64,000 bases of DNA from NCBI GenBank assembly GCA_964351865.1, contig CAYGPJ010000014.1:35556-99555 (forward strand), read 5' to 3'. Shown in pieces: positions 41,030 through 51,759 of this stretch. The position numbers and the translations under genes were made by a program. Every line of letters starts with the position of its first letter. Position 1 is the first letter of the stretch. Under the pieces are notes generated by a model that worked only from the letters and a program-made list of their open reading frames with translations, did no database searches and was not told the DNA's origin. Source of the stretch: an uncultured Blastochloridaceae bacterium (GTDB lineage Bacteria; Verrucomicrobiota; Verrucomicrobiia; Methylacidiphilales; JBCBYL01).

Positions 41030-42055
41030 CTAGATCTGCCAGCCTTGCAGGATGCGCATGTAGTTGGTGCGCTCGAAGGCGGCGGGATCGGGGCAACGCT
41101 GCATGCTCATACTGCCGCGCAATTCATCTAAAGAAGAAAACTCGTGCTGCTGCATCCAGTCGATCAACCCCGCCTTCAGCACCGCCAGTTGCTCGGGCCC
41201 GTGCTTTAAGAGGGAGGACACTAATTGCACCCCGCTGGCACCGACCATCAGGCCTTTAACCAGATCTTCCGTGGTATGCACCCCGCCGGAGAGAATCAGG
41301 TCGGGCTTCACCTTGCCATACAAAGCCGCGATCCAGCGCAGTCGCATCGGCAGTTCGGATGAATCCGACAGTTCGAGGTGCGGTATCGTCTCCATTTCTT
41401 CAATGTCAATGTCCGGCTGGTAGAATCGGTTGAAGAGAATGATGCCATCTGCACCGGCGGCCTCCAGTTTAGCGGTCAGATAAGGCAAGGAGCTGTAGAA
41501 GGGCGAGAGCTTCACCGCCAGCGGCATTTGCACCCGACTGCGCACATTCAGCACTACATCGACTAATCGAGCTTCCACCTCGCTGCCGGATTCCTGAGTA
41601 TCCGTGGCAATGTGATAAAAATTCAGTTCCAGTGCATCCGCGCCGGCCGTTTCGATGCTTTTAGCGTAGCGAGCCCAACCCCCATTTGTCACCCCGTTGA
41701 GCGAGGCGATCACCGGCAGCTTGGTGACCTGTTTGATTTCCTGAATCTTCGCCAGATAATCTTCCGGGCCGATATTGAAGTCCTCGTAACGGGGGAAATA
41801 CGTCAGGGCTTCCCCGAAGATGTCATCATGGGCCTCGGTGTGATATTCCGTGGCGTCCTGATCCATGGTGATCTGTTCTTCAAACAACGAGTGCAGCGTA
41901 ATCGCACCCGCGCCTGCCTGTTCCAGTTTACGGACCCGGTCGGACTGATTTGCCAGCGGCGAAGCGCCTACAATCAGCGGGGAGTTGAGTTTCAACCCGA
42001 GATAGCTGGTGCTCAGATCGGGCGTTGTTAGCGGGCTTAGCGTGGGAGTTTCCAT
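41030..42055 (-). CDS. Dihydroorotate dehydrogenase-like (DHOD/DHPD family) flavoprotein
   Basis: TIM-barrel DHOD-family motifs 'LKLNSPLIVGASP', 'LELNFYHI', 'LSGGV'; start codon overlaps the PFOR stop. Confidence 0.75.
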   Translation of the reverse strand: METPTLSPLTTPDLSTSYLGLKLNSPLIVGASPLANQSDRVRKLEQAGAGAITLHSLFEEQITMDQDATEYHTEAHDDIFGEALTYFPRYEDFNIGPEDYLAKIQEIKQVTKLPVIASLNGVTNGGWARYAKSIETAGADALELNFYHIATDTQESGSEVEARLVDVVLNVRSRVQMPLAVKLSPFYSSLPYLTAKLEAAGADGIILFNRFYQPDIDIEEMETIPHLELSDSSELPMRLRWIAALYGKVKPDLILSGGVHTTEDLVKGLMVGASGVQLVSSLLKHGPEQLAVLKAGLIDWMQQHEFSSLDELRGSMSMQRCPDPAAFERTNYMRILQGWQI

Positions 42056-45000
42056 TATTTTGAACTTTCTGCTGGAGGTTCTTCGGTCGCGGCTAAGGGT
42101 TTAATATCCTCCCCTTTGGCCAGCCGTTCGTAGTAGCTGCGCTGATCGTGAATCTGCTGTTGCATCTGACTGGTCAGATCTTTGGCGCGGGCTGGATTAG
42201 CCCGTTGCAGGATGCGGAAGCGGGTTTCGTTCTCCATGAACTGACCGACCGGAATTTTTGCAGCCTGCGAATCCAGTTTCAACGGACGCACGGTATCGGT
42301 TGCATTGCGTGGGTCAAACCGGTAGAGCGGCCAGTAGCCGGACTGCACCGCCCGCTTCTGCTGCTCCAGTCCGTAGGTCAGCGAGTAACCGTGAGCAATA
42401 CAATGAGAGTAAGCAATGATCAGTGAGGTGCCGGGATAGGCGTCCGCTTCGGCCAGTGCTTTGGCGGTTTGCGTATCGTTGGCCCCAAAGGCCACCCGCG
42501 CCACGTAAACATTACCGTAGCTCATTGCCAACAGCCCCAGATCCTTCTTGGCTTGACCTTTCCCATCCGCAGCAAACTTAGCCACCGCTCCCATCGGAGT
42601 GGCTTTGGAGGCCTGGCCGCCGGTATTGGAATAGACTTCCGTGTCCATTACCAGAATGTTGACGTTGCGCCCCTGCGACATGACGTGATCGAGCCCGCCG
42701 AATCCGATGTCATAGGCCCAGCCGTCACCACCCACAATCCATACGCTCTTACGCACCAGATAATCTGCCAGTGAATTGAGGCGACTCGCCTGATGTGGTG
42801 GCAGGCCGTTGAGTTGCTGGCGCAGGTCGGCCACCCGCTGCCGCTGGGCCACGATGCCGGCCTCGGTTGTCTGATCGGCATCCAGTAATTCATCCACCAG
42901 AACTTCACTCAGCTGGTTGCGCAGGCTCAACAACATGGTGCGGGCCTGTGTTTCTTTCATATCCACCGCGACGCGCATGCCGAAGCCGTATTCCGCATTG
43001 TCCTCAAACAGCGAATTCGACCAGGCCGGGCCACGCCCCGCAGCGTTGCTGGTGTAAGGGGTCGTCGGCAGGTTGCCGCCGTAGATCGAGGAGCAACCGG
43101 TCGCATTGGCGATGATGGCGCGATCTCCGCTGAGTTGGGTCAGCAGTTTCAGATAAGGCGTTTCGCCGCAACCAGCGCAAGCACCGGAGAACTCAAACAA
43201 CGGCTGTGCGAACTGGGCATCCTTGGTGCGACTGAAGTCCAGCTGGGTGCGGTCCGCTTCCGGTAATTCCAGGAAGAAGTCAAAGTTTTCCCGCTCCCGT
43301 TTTAATACCGGCGCCAGCTCAGCAATGTCGAGCGCCTTGTGTTTCGGATGCGTTTTATCCTTAGCCGGGCAGACCATCACACACAGACTGCAACCGGTGC
43401 AATCGTCCGGCGCCAGTTGAATGGTAAACTTGTGTTTCGGATGATCCTTCGAGCGGAAGTCGACCGACTGGAACCAGGCGGGAGCGTCCTTCAGCTCCTC
43501 CTCCGGATAGAACTTGGTGCGGATAGCGGCGTGTGGGCAGACCATCGCACACTTGTTACACTGGATGCAGATACTCGAATCCCAGACCGGAGCTTCCTGC
43601 GCCAGCGTGCGTTTTTCCCAGCGGGCAGTGCCGGTTGGCCAGGTGCCGTCAACCGGGAATGCGCTGACGGGTAACAGATCACCCTCGCCTCGCATCATGG
43701 TGGCGGTAACGCGCTGGACAAAGTCCGGGGCTTGCGCGGAAACGATCGGTGGGCGCGGGGTTCCCTGTAGCGCGGAATCAGCGGTCGGCACCGGCATCGC
43801 ATGCAGGTTGGCCACCGTCTGGTTCACGGCTTCAATGTTTTTTTGAACGACGTCATCGCCTTTTTTAGAATACGTTTTCCGGATAGCTTCTTTAATGGCT
43901 TCCAGCGCGTCTTCTTTGGGGATGACTTCTGAAACCGCGAAGAAGCAGGTCTGCATGATGGTGTTGATGCGTCCGCCCATGCCGGTATCGCGGGCGACCT
44001 GATAGGCATCAATCACATACACGTTCAGATCTTTTTCAACGATCGACTGCTGAACTTCCCGTGGCAGGTGGTCCCAGGTTTCGGCGGGATCGTAGGCACT
44101 GTTAAGCAGGAAGGTGGCTCCCTGCCGCGCGGTCGCCAGCACATCATAGCGTTCCATCAGCGACCACTGATGGCAGCCGATGAAATCTGCCGAGCGGATC
44201 AGGTAAGCCGCCTTGATCGGCTCAGGTCCGAAGCGCAGATGTGAGATGGTCATGGCTCCGGATTTTTTGGAATCATAAACAAAGTAGCCTTGCGCGTATT
44301 TACCCTGATCACCGAGGATCTTAATGGTGTTTTTATTTGCACCGACGGTGCCGTCGGATCCCAGGCCGTAGAAGAGCGCTCGCATCGTATCATCGTTTTC
44401 AATCTCGAAGCTGTCATCCACGCTGAGCGAGAGGTGGGTGATGTCGTCGTTGATGCCGACGGTGAATTGAGTTTTAGGCGACTCGCTTTCAGCGTTATCA
44501 AAAACCGCCTGGACCATCGCGGGGGTAAACTCTTTGGAAGAAAGCCCGTAGCGGCCACCCAATACAGGCATGATTGAGCCATCCGCCCGCATGATTCTGC
44601 CGGTGGCATGCAGGGCGCTGACGACATCCTGATGCAGCGGTTCTGCCGGAGCACCGGGTTCTTTAGTGCGGTCGAGCACCACCACGCGTTGCACCGAAGC
44701 TGGCAGCGCTGCGATAAAATGTTCTGCCGAGAAAGGGCGGAAAAGGTGCACATGCACCACGCCCACTTTCCGGCCTTGAGCGTTCAGATAGCGAACCGTT
44801 TCAGCCACGGTTTCCGCGCCGGAACCCATCGCGATCACGACTGTTTCTGCGTCGGGATCTCCGAGGTAGTCGAAGAGTTGGTAAGACCGGCCGGTGATTT
44901 CCGCTAACTGGTCCATCTGTGCCTGCACGATTTCCGGGATGCGATCGTAATAGGTATTGGCAGCTTCGCGGGCCTGAAAATAGGTGTCCGGATTGTGAGC

Positions 45001-45696
45001 GGTGCCTCGGATTTTCGGGGCATCCGGGGTCAGAGCACGACTGTAGTGGGCCTGAATGGCCTCCGCATCCAGCATGTTGAGGATGGCTTCATCTGGAATG
45101 ATGGAAACCTGATTCAGCTCGTGTGAGGTGCGGAAGCCGTCAAAAAAATGCAGAAACGGAATCCGTGCTTTCAGCGTAGCGGCGTGTGAAACCAGCGCCA
45201 GATCATGCGCTTCCTGCGGATTGGCACCCGCCAGCATGGCAAAGCCGGTTGAGCGCACCGCCATCACATCCGAGTGGTCGCCGAAGATTGACAGTGCGTG
45301 GGTCGCCAGCGTGCGAGCTGCGACGTGCAGCACGAAAGGAGTCATCTCCCCCGCGATTTTCAACATATCCGGTATCATCAGCAACAACCCCTGAGATGCG
45401 GTAAAGGAGGTCGACATCGATCCGGCCTGCAGTAATCCGTGCAAGGCACCGGCGACGCCGGCTTCCGATTGCATCTGCGTGATGCTGGGGGTGTCGCCCC
45501 ATACGTTTTTCAGGGAGTGTGCGGCCCATTCATCCGATAATTCACCCATCGGGGTGGAAGGAGTGATCGGGTAAATCGCGATCGTTTCACTAACGCGATA
45601 AGCAATTGATGCTGCTGCCTCATTTCCATCCATCGTTTTGAGCGATGCGGCAGCTTTAAAGTCCTTAGCTGGAGCAATCATATTAGAAGTAGTCAA
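42055..45696 (-). CDS. nifJ: Pyruvate:ferredoxin (flavodoxin) oxidoreductase, single-chain (NifJ/PFOR)
   Basis: 1213 aa; two 4Fe-4S ferredoxin motifs 'CIQCNKCAMVCPHAAIR' and 'CTGCSLCVMVCPAKD'; TPP-binding 'GGDGWAYDIGFGG'. Confidence 0.97.
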   Translation of the reverse strand: MTTSNMIAPAKDFKAAASLKTMDGNEAAASIAYRVSETIAIYPITPSTPMGELSDEWAAHSLKNVWGDTPSITQMQSEAGVAGALHGLLQAGSMSTSFTASQGLLLMIPDMLKIAGEMTPFVLHVAARTLATHALSIFGDHSDVMAVRSTGFAMLAGANPQEAHDLALVSHAATLKARIPFLHFFDGFRTSHELNQVSIIPDEAILNMLDAEAIQAHYSRALTPDAPKIRGTAHNPDTYFQAREAANTYYDRIPEIVQAQMDQLAEITGRSYQLFDYLGDPDAETVVIAMGSGAETVAETVRYLNAQGRKVGVVHVHLFRPFSAEHFIAALPASVQRVVVLDRTKEPGAPAEPLHQDVVSALHATGRIMRADGSIMPVLGGRYGLSSKEFTPAMVQAVFDNAESESPKTQFTVGINDDITHLSLSVDDSFEIENDDTMRALFYGLGSDGTVGANKNTIKILGDQGKYAQGYFVYDSKKSGAMTISHLRFGPEPIKAAYLIRSADFIGCHQWSLMERYDVLATARQGATFLLNSAYDPAETWDHLPREVQQSIVEKDLNVYVIDAYQVARDTGMGGRINTIMQTCFFAVSEVIPKEDALEAIKEAIRKTYSKKGDDVVQKNIEAVNQTVANLHAMPVPTADSALQGTPRPPIVSAQAPDFVQRVTATMMRGEGDLLPVSAFPVDGTWPTGTARWEKRTLAQEAPVWDSSICIQCNKCAMVCPHAAIRTKFYPEEELKDAPAWFQSVDFRSKDHPKHKFTIQLAPDDCTGCSLCVMVCPAKDKTHPKHKALDIAELAPVLKRERENFDFFLELPEADRTQLDFSRTKDAQFAQPLFEFSGACAGCGETPYLKLLTQLSGDRAIIANATGCSSIYGGNLPTTPYTSNAAGRGPAWSNSLFEDNAEYGFGMRVAVDMKETQARTMLLSLRNQLSEVLVDELLDADQTTEAGIVAQRQRVADLRQQLNGLPPHQASRLNSLADYLVRKSVWIVGGDGWAYDIGFGGLDHVMSQGRNVNILVMDTEVYSNTGGQASKATPMGAVAKFAADGKGQAKKDLGLLAMSYGNVYVARVAFGANDTQTAKALAEADAYPGTSLIIAYSHCIAHGYSLTYGLEQQKRAVQSGYWPLYRFDPRNATDTVRPLKLDSQAAKIPVGQFMENETRFRILQRANPARAKDLTSQMQQQIHDQRSYYERLAKGEDIKPLAATEEPPAESSK

Positions 45697-45967
45697 GCTA
45701 ATAATAAGCAGATAGTCAATTAAATATTACTTATATTAATTCACCGAGGTCGTGGTGATGTCCGGCTGATGGGGAGAAAGCACGGGAGGAGGGTGAGTAA
45801 ATTAAGAAGAGTGAATTATATGGATGCAGAATGTGCGATGGAATGTCGGCACTCCAGTTCCTAGCACGAAGCTGGCAGTTAGCGGCGTCAGCAGGAGGCT
45901 GGCAAGCTCAGCAAGGGATTGATATGGCACCTATGGTTAGGAATAAACCATGGGTCAGACTATCGGA

Positions 45968-46468
45968 TTAATCATCCAGAGCCGTCGGGTGTTCTGCGCG
46001 GACAGCAGCGGCACCTTGTTTGGTAAAGCCTGTTACGATTTGCGCGTGGTTCTGCGCTACCTTAACGGCCTCCGGAGTTTTTCCAACAATGACTACCTTA
46101 ATTCCATTTGTCAGGTATTCGACATCCGTGGTGATTTGATCGTGGAATTTAACCAATTCGACAAATGCAGGATCCCAGCGGCGCACCATGGCACCACTGC
46201 CAAGCCTCTTTTGCATGTATTTGAAATGTTGAATTAAATGGTCAGCAAGCTCCTTATTCTGGGTCGTCGTCGTAGCTTCATATCCGTCAGGTCTCAGTGT
46301 CACTTCACGGTGCAAGTCGTCATGATGCTCCGCCAGATAGTGTATGATCGCTTGCTGTTCTTCAGGTAGCGGGCCTCGATACGACTCTTCACCCCACCCG
46401 GCAAAGTGCCCGCAACAGAACAGGATGGTGGAGAGCATCAGCCAGCGTGGGGATGATTTCAGTTTCAT
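45968..46468 (-). CDS. Secreted hypothetical protein
   Basis: Signal peptide; 166 aa. Confidence 0.4.
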   Translation of the reverse strand: MKLKSSPRWLMLSTILFCCGHFAGWGEESYRGPLPEEQQAIIHYLAEHHDDLHREVTLRPDGYEATTTTQNKELADHLIQHFKYMQKRLGSGAMVRRWDPAFVELVKFHDQITTDVEYLTNGIKVVIVGKTPEAVKVAQNHAQIVTGFTKQGAAAVRAEHPTALDD

Positions 46469-46786
46469 AATGATTTATTTTCGTGGGGTTGTGGTTGCGG
46501 TCAAGAAAAGAGCCGAGGGACAGAGAGGTAGGTCATCGGGGTGTTGGACCGATTCGCAATGCAGAAGACTGAATGCACGTCCGTTGACAACGAGTAAAAG
46601 AAAGAAGTCACGGTAAAATCATACCTAAATCAAGCAACACGTCGATAGGAGAAAGCCATGCGCAGCGCGCACAACAAAAAACAGCCCGGAGGGTGGAAGT
46701 CGGCTTAGTCTTGGGATGATAAAGCTATGGTAAATGGTGTGATGAATGGAATTCATTCCGATGGGTTCACCGGTCGTCACCAAGAC

Positions 46787-48004
46787 CTACGGTAACGGTT
46801 TATCAGCCGGAGTTGTTTCGATCAACGCTTGTAATACGGCATGGTAGCTAGGTTTACGTACGAAGTTCTGGTTGAATAAGAGTGCTCTTTCACCGCCACG
46901 CCATCCCCCGGGAAGAGCATCGGAAATACCCCAAACGCTGATGAAAGAAACCTCAGCCTCGCGGGCCGCTTTAATGAAGCGATAGTAGAGGTCTGCCTGA
47001 AGTGGTTCTATTTTCTCCCAGTCTGCCGTCTGGGGATTCTCTCCTTGGGGTAAACCGACGTCCAGTTCGGTGATGTAAAATTCCACATCCGCTTGCTGGA
47101 ATTTTTTAACATTGGACTTAAAGGCCTCGAAATCGTAATCGCCATTATAATCGAGGTGAGCCTGGATGCCGACAGCGTGGAGTGGGGTATTTGAGTTTTT
47201 AATATGGAGCACCAATTGGTAAAGTGCATCGAGTTTCCTCGGATTTTGGAAGGTCGTGCCTTCGCGCAGCTCCAGTTTACCATCGGTGTGAGCGGCGGCA
47301 TACTCGAGGGCGAGGCGGATGAAGCGGGGATGGGTTTTGTTGACTTGTGCGGCTCCTGTCAGTCCGGAGGCATCGTCCTCGAATCCGATGCCCAACCACT
47401 TGTTGTCCCAGTCACCGTTCCCGTCGGGTAAATACGAGCCGTCACCCAGCAGCAGTTCGTTGAAGAGGTTCCATGCATCGACATTTTTGGTTGCGACCAC
47501 TGATCTGATGTACTTTTCCAGAATGAACTCAAGTTCGGCAGCCGAGTATTGGGTTTCTTTCCACCATGCCGGGAAGTAATAATTGGGCGCCAGCAGCCCA
47601 TGATGTAAGACAAATAGACCGTGGCTTTTGGCCCACTCGGCCTGCGACCAAAGAGGTTCAGTCCAGAAGGAATAGTCCTCTACTTTGGCAGGTTTCTGTG
47701 GAGGCCAGAAGCCTCCCCAGGCCGGATACACGGCTGGCTGGATGCAATTAAAATGCTCGAGCACCAGTTTCCGGATGGACGCGACGTTGGGGCCCTTGAT
47801 GATCCCGTTCTCCCCATCCAAGCTGGTTGATGTGCCTATCGGGGTCCCTTGGGAAACTTGCCGTAAAGTCGGCGCATATTGATCCACAACCGATTTCACG
47901 GAAGTGTCTGCAAAGAGAACTCCAGATGCCAGTCCATATGAAATAACAAGAAAGTAGTGGACCTTTAAAAATGGTCGAACGCGCGAATTCATTTTGGGTG
48001 CCAC
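46787..48004 (-). CDS. Glycoside hydrolase family 10 endo-beta-1,4-xylanase, secreted
   Basis: 'WNLFNE' (acid/base region) and 'ITELDV' (nucleophile) GH10 motifs. Confidence 0.85.
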   Translation of the reverse strand: MAPKMNSRVRPFLKVHYFLVISYGLASGVLFADTSVKSVVDQYAPTLRQVSQGTPIGTSTSLDGENGIIKGPNVASIRKLVLEHFNCIQPAVYPAWGGFWPPQKPAKVEDYSFWTEPLWSQAEWAKSHGLFVLHHGLLAPNYYFPAWWKETQYSAAELEFILEKYIRSVVATKNVDAWNLFNELLLGDGSYLPDGNGDWDNKWLGIGFEDDASGLTGAAQVNKTHPRFIRLALEYAAAHTDGKLELREGTTFQNPRKLDALYQLVLHIKNSNTPLHAVGIQAHLDYNGDYDFEAFKSNVKKFQQADVEFYITELDVGLPQGENPQTADWEKIEPLQADLYYRFIKAAREAEVSFISVWGISDALPGGWRGGERALLFNQNFVRKPSYHAVLQALIETTPADKPLP

Positions 48005-48140
48005 GATCAGTAATATGTCCTCGAACCATGTAGAAAGTTAGAAAGGCCCCTCCGGAGACAGGCGGAAACTACCGATTCCTACTTTAAACCATTAATACTT
48101 TCATACCTTCTTACTTTTACACCTTTACACCCTCACGCTG

Positions 48141-48599
48141 CTAAACCTCCTCCTCCGATTCCCCTTCTCCGATGATCATGTTATCGTGGGGTTGGATGTT
48201 CAGATGGTCGGCATTTTTCGGGCCGTGTTCCAGAGCTTCGAACAGGCGCTCGTTAGACTCACGCAGTCGGCTGACAAAGGTTTTGATCAGCACGGCGATC
48301 CATGGCGGGAGATCGTTCAGGTGCTTATTGAAATCGGCTTTACTGATGAATATGACCGTGGTGGGTCCGAGCGCTTTGGCGGAGGCGCTGCGGGGTTGGT
48401 GATCAATGATCCCCATCTCGCCAAAGATGCCACGGGCTCCGACGCGGCCTAGTTCGACATCTTTGAGTTCGCCATCCTGTTCGATGGTGTGAAAAATTTC
48501 CACCAACCCGTCTTTCACGATGTAAACGCCGTCGGGACGGGTGTCCTGGCTGAAGATAATATCGTCGCGCTGAAAGGTGATGACTTGTTCCGTATCCAT
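48141..48599 (-). CDS. Cyclic-nucleotide-binding domain protein (stand-alone)
   Basis: 'GARGIFGEMGIIDHQPRSASAKA' phosphate-binding cassette. Confidence 0.75.
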   Translation of the reverse strand: MDTEQVITFQRDDIIFSQDTRPDGVYIVKDGLVEIFHTIEQDGELKDVELGRVGARGIFGEMGIIDHQPRSASAKALGPTTVIFISKADFNKHLNDLPPWIAVLIKTFVSRLRESNERLFEALEHGPKNADHLNIQPHDNMIIGEGESEEEV

Positions 48600-48762
48600 G
48601 ATGGGGAAAACCTTGAAGGTTTCCCGCTGAAGTCTCAAGTTTTAGTTTAAGCCTCTGAGAGTCTGTGGCACAGGCGCTCAGTACTCAGTATTTAACGCCG
48701 CAGCCGTAGGGGGCGGTGGTGGGGGTGGAAACCGGCTTGCCGGCCATCGCTTCTTCCAGTGC

Positions 48763-49299
48763 CTAGGCGACGTAATTGGTGGCACCGTCAATATCGTCTG
48801 ATCTGGTGGATGGCACCGAGTCAATGGCACCGCCGTAGATCAGGTTCCCTGCAGGATCAATCACGAACATGTGCGGAGTGGTTTTGGCATCGTAAAGTCT
48901 TCCGACCGTGCCATCTTCGTCTAACAGCAACGCCGTGGCCTGGGTGCCGGTGGATTTGATTTTTTCATTCCAGTCGGCTGCGCTCATGTGACCTTGTTTG
49001 CCGGGGGCAGAGGAACAGATGGAGAGCCAGACCACGTCCTTGCCGGTATAGGCTTGCTGCCATTCCTGCATTTTGCCAGGACGGTAAAACTTTCCAACGA
49101 ATGGGCATCCGTGATTGACCCATTCCAGCACGACGTATTTACCTTTAAAGTCGGACAGGTTATGCGACGTGCCTTTGGTGTCTGTTAAAGTAAAGGCGGG
49201 GGCTGGTTTACCGATTTCAGGAGCAGCACTGACAGCACTCCACTGTGCGACAAATACAATCATCGCAATAATTAACGTGGTGAAGGGAATCGTTTTCAT
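48763..49299 (-). CDS. Secreted thioredoxin-fold (redoxin/GPx-like) protein
   Basis: Signal peptide; 'GKYVVLEWVNHGCPF' resembles the redoxin/glutathione-peroxidase active-site region. Confidence 0.6.
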   Translation of the reverse strand: MKTIPFTTLIIAMIVFVAQWSAVSAAPEIGKPAPAFTLTDTKGTSHNLSDFKGKYVVLEWVNHGCPFVGKFYRPGKMQEWQQAYTGKDVVWLSICSSAPGKQGHMSAADWNEKIKSTGTQATALLLDEDGTVGRLYDAKTTPHMFVIDPAGNLIYGGAIDSVPSTRSDDIDGATNYVA

Positions 49300-49354
49300 A
49301 CGGCAAACATTATACGAATGTTTCCTGCAGGCGCAAATGGGTGTGGGAAAAAAT

Positions 49355-49394
49355 GGGTAAGGATTGAGAATTAAGGATTAAGGATTAAGACTGG
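49355..49394 (+). repeat. Heptad direct repeats 'taaggat' in divergent promoter region (shares 15-mer with 7437-7479)
   Basis: 'gggtaaggattgagaattaaggattaaggattaagactgg'. Confidence 0.7.
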
Positions 49395-49584
49395 CTACGT
49401 CGACTCATTCGTGATTTTGAATCCATCATCCTTGATAGTTTCCGGAACAGACATCGAGCGAGTTCCTGAGTGATCACAGGATTCCCCATTGGTCCAGTTT
49501 GCAGAACCGCGCTGTCACACGATTGTAATAAAAGGATGCATGGTTTGGACTTTATTGTTTGGGTTGGTGGAGGCATAAAACCTC

Positions 49585-51168
49585 ATGCGTGTTGTAAATT
49601 TGTTAGTAGGAATGATGATGGTCGGCTTCCTGTTGTCCGGTTGTCAGCAGGTCGGGAAACGTCCGACGCTGACCATCATCTCAGGTTCGGAAAATAAATT
49701 ACTGGAACCGGTCGTGGCTGAATACGGGCGAGAGCATGGAGTGGATATACAGATGGTGTACAAAGGCTCGGTGGACATCATGCTGGAACTCAAGGACGGC
49801 AGCACCGGTTTTGATGCGGTCTGGCCTGCTAACAGCCTTTGGATTGAGCTTTCAGGGAACCGGAACGTCAGGCATGAGAAAAGTATTTTTCAGAGTCCGG
49901 TAGTGCTGGGAGTCAAGCGGTCCCGGGCGGAGGCCCTGGGGTTATTGGATCGGGCCAACGTCTCGCTGGCTGATTTGGTCGAATTGTCGCGGGCGGGTAA
50001 GCTGCCGTTTATCATGAGTAATCCTACCCAATCCAATTCGGGGGCGATGGGATATCTGGGGTTTCTGCACGGCGTGACGGGTAAAGACACACCATTTACT
50101 GCGGACGATTTAAATCGTCAGGAAACCGAGGTGGCGCTGAAGGCATTGCTGGGGGCGATCGCCCGGACCAGCGGATCCAGCGGGTGGCTTAAAGATCTCT
50201 ATCTCGAAAATGTGGCAGAGTATGATGCGATGATCAATTATGAGGCGTTGATCATTGAGGCAAATCTGTTGCTGGAGGCGCGAGGAGACGAGCCGCTGAT
50301 TTGTCTGTATCTGGCCGAAGGGCAACCCATCGCGGACAGCCCGCTCGGGTTTGTGAAGCATGCGGATGACGCAGATAACGCAAATAAGGAAGCGCTGTTT
50401 CTGGAGTTTCAGTCGTTTCTGCTGAGCCCTGATGTGCAGCAGCGGCTGGCTAAGCTGGGAAGACGCACAGGAGTCTTTGGGCATGGCTCGCTGGATGCCG
50501 ACGTGTTCCGCAAAGAATGGGGTATCGATCCGGAGCGGGTGTTGCAACCGGTGCCACTGCCGGGAGGGGAAGTGATTCAACAAGCCCTGCGGTTGTATCA
50601 GACGCGATTTAAAAAACCATCACTTACCGCTTTCGTGCTCGATTATTCCGGATCAATGAAAGATGAAGGAGAAAAAGAGTTGGAAGCCGCCATGACGGTG
50701 CTGCTGGATCCGGAACAAGCCGAGCGCTTTATGCTGCTGACCGGCGAGCGGGATATGACTTACGTGATTCCTTTCGATTCGGAGCCACGCGATGTGATCT
50801 TTCTGGAGGGAAATGATCCGAAAGGTATTCGTAAACTTCAGAGCCTGGTGCTTGAGCAGCGTGCGGAGGGAGGCACGAATATCTACCTGGCGGCGGAAAC
50901 GGCGATGAAGCGTATTCTGGCAACACCGGGGCGAGAACAATATCAGGTTTCCATTATTCTGATGACAGATGGGAAGAGTTCCGGATCGTTCAATGATTTT
51001 CAGCAGGCGTGGCAGAGCAATGGTGCGAAGATACCGGTGTTTTCGATTACTTTCGGGAATGCTGATGAGGAACAGTTAAAAACCATTGCGAATACCACCA
51101 ATGCCCGGGTCTTTTCGGGGCAGTCTGATTTGAGAAAAGCCTTTCGCAAAGCAAAGGGATATAATTGA
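49585..51168 (+). CDS. Lipoprotein with N-terminal periplasmic-binding-protein-like domain and C-terminal von Willebrand factor A domain
   Basis: Lipobox 'LLSGCQQ'; vWA MIDAS 'DYSGSM…TDG' ('VLDYSGSMKD', 'IILMTDGKSS'); N-terminal domain paralogous to 51760-52839. Confidence 0.7.
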   Translation: MRVVNLLVGMMMVGFLLSGCQQVGKRPTLTIISGSENKLLEPVVAEYGREHGVDIQMVYKGSVDIMLELKDGSTGFDAVWPANSLWIELSGNRNVRHEKSIFQSPVVLGVKRSRAEALGLLDRANVSLADLVELSRAGKLPFIMSNPTQSNSGAMGYLGFLHGVTGKDTPFTADDLNRQETEVALKALLGAIARTSGSSGWLKDLYLENVAEYDAMINYEALIIEANLLLEARGDEPLICLYLAEGQPIADSPLGFVKHADDADNANKEALFLEFQSFLLSPDVQQRLAKLGRRTGVFGHGSLDADVFRKEWGIDPERVLQPVPLPGGEVIQQALRLYQTRFKKPSLTAFVLDYSGSMKDEGEKELEAAMTVLLDPEQAERFMLLTGERDMTYVIPFDSEPRDVIFLEGNDPKGIRKLQSLVLEQRAEGGTNIYLAAETAMKRILATPGREQYQVSIILMTDGKSSGSFNDFQQAWQSNGAKIPVFSITFGNADEEQLKTIANTTNARVFSGQSDLRKAFRKAKGYN

Positions 51169-51755
51169 AGCTAACGCCTGACATAAAACGTGAACTGGTC
51201 GCGTCCGGTGTGGCCTCAGTCGGTGCGATTGGATTAGCCGTGTCGGGGTTGCCGCTGTTGATCGTGGGAGCGGGTGCCGTGGGTTGCTACATCGGGGTGC
51301 GGTCGATTATTCCTGCTCCTCAGACTGACGGTGAACGCTTGGAGGAATTGCGGCGGGAGGCTGCGCGTTACGAATCGCACATTAAAGAAAAGCTTCATCA
51401 TCTGATCAATCATCAGGCCACCCTGCCGGAGGCGGGCAGGAGTTCGATTGCTAAAATTGTGGAAACTTCCCGCTATATTCTGATCGATATAAAAGATCAT
51501 CCGCACAAGTTGCAAGAGGCACAGTTTTATTTAAATCATCATCTGGAGAGCACTGCGAAAATCCTCTCCAAATATCGTGAACTCGTCGCTAAAAAATCTG
51601 ATCGTGCTGCGAAATATGAGGTTCGGATATTAGAACTGCTGGAGCGGGTTGCCGTGAGCTTTGAAAATGGCAAGCGGTCGCTGCTGGATGAGGATGTCGT
51701 GACACTGGAATCAGAAATAGAAATTTTAGATACAACATTAGAACTGGAGTCGTGA
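51165..51755 (+). CDS. Membrane-anchored helical protein, XpaC (PF10112)-like (tentative)
   Basis: Two N-terminal TM helices followed by a helical domain; 4-bp start/stop overlap with the upstream gene. Confidence 0.35.
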   Translation: MKLTPDIKRELVASGVASVGAIGLAVSGLPLLIVGAGAVGCYIGVRSIIPAPQTDGERLEELRREAARYESHIKEKLHHLINHQATLPEAGRSSIAKIVETSRYILIDIKDHPHKLQEAQFYLNHHLESTAKILSKYRELVAKKSDRAAKYEVRILELLERVAVSFENGKRSLLDEDVVTLESEIEILDTTLELES

Positions 51756-51759
51756 ATTT

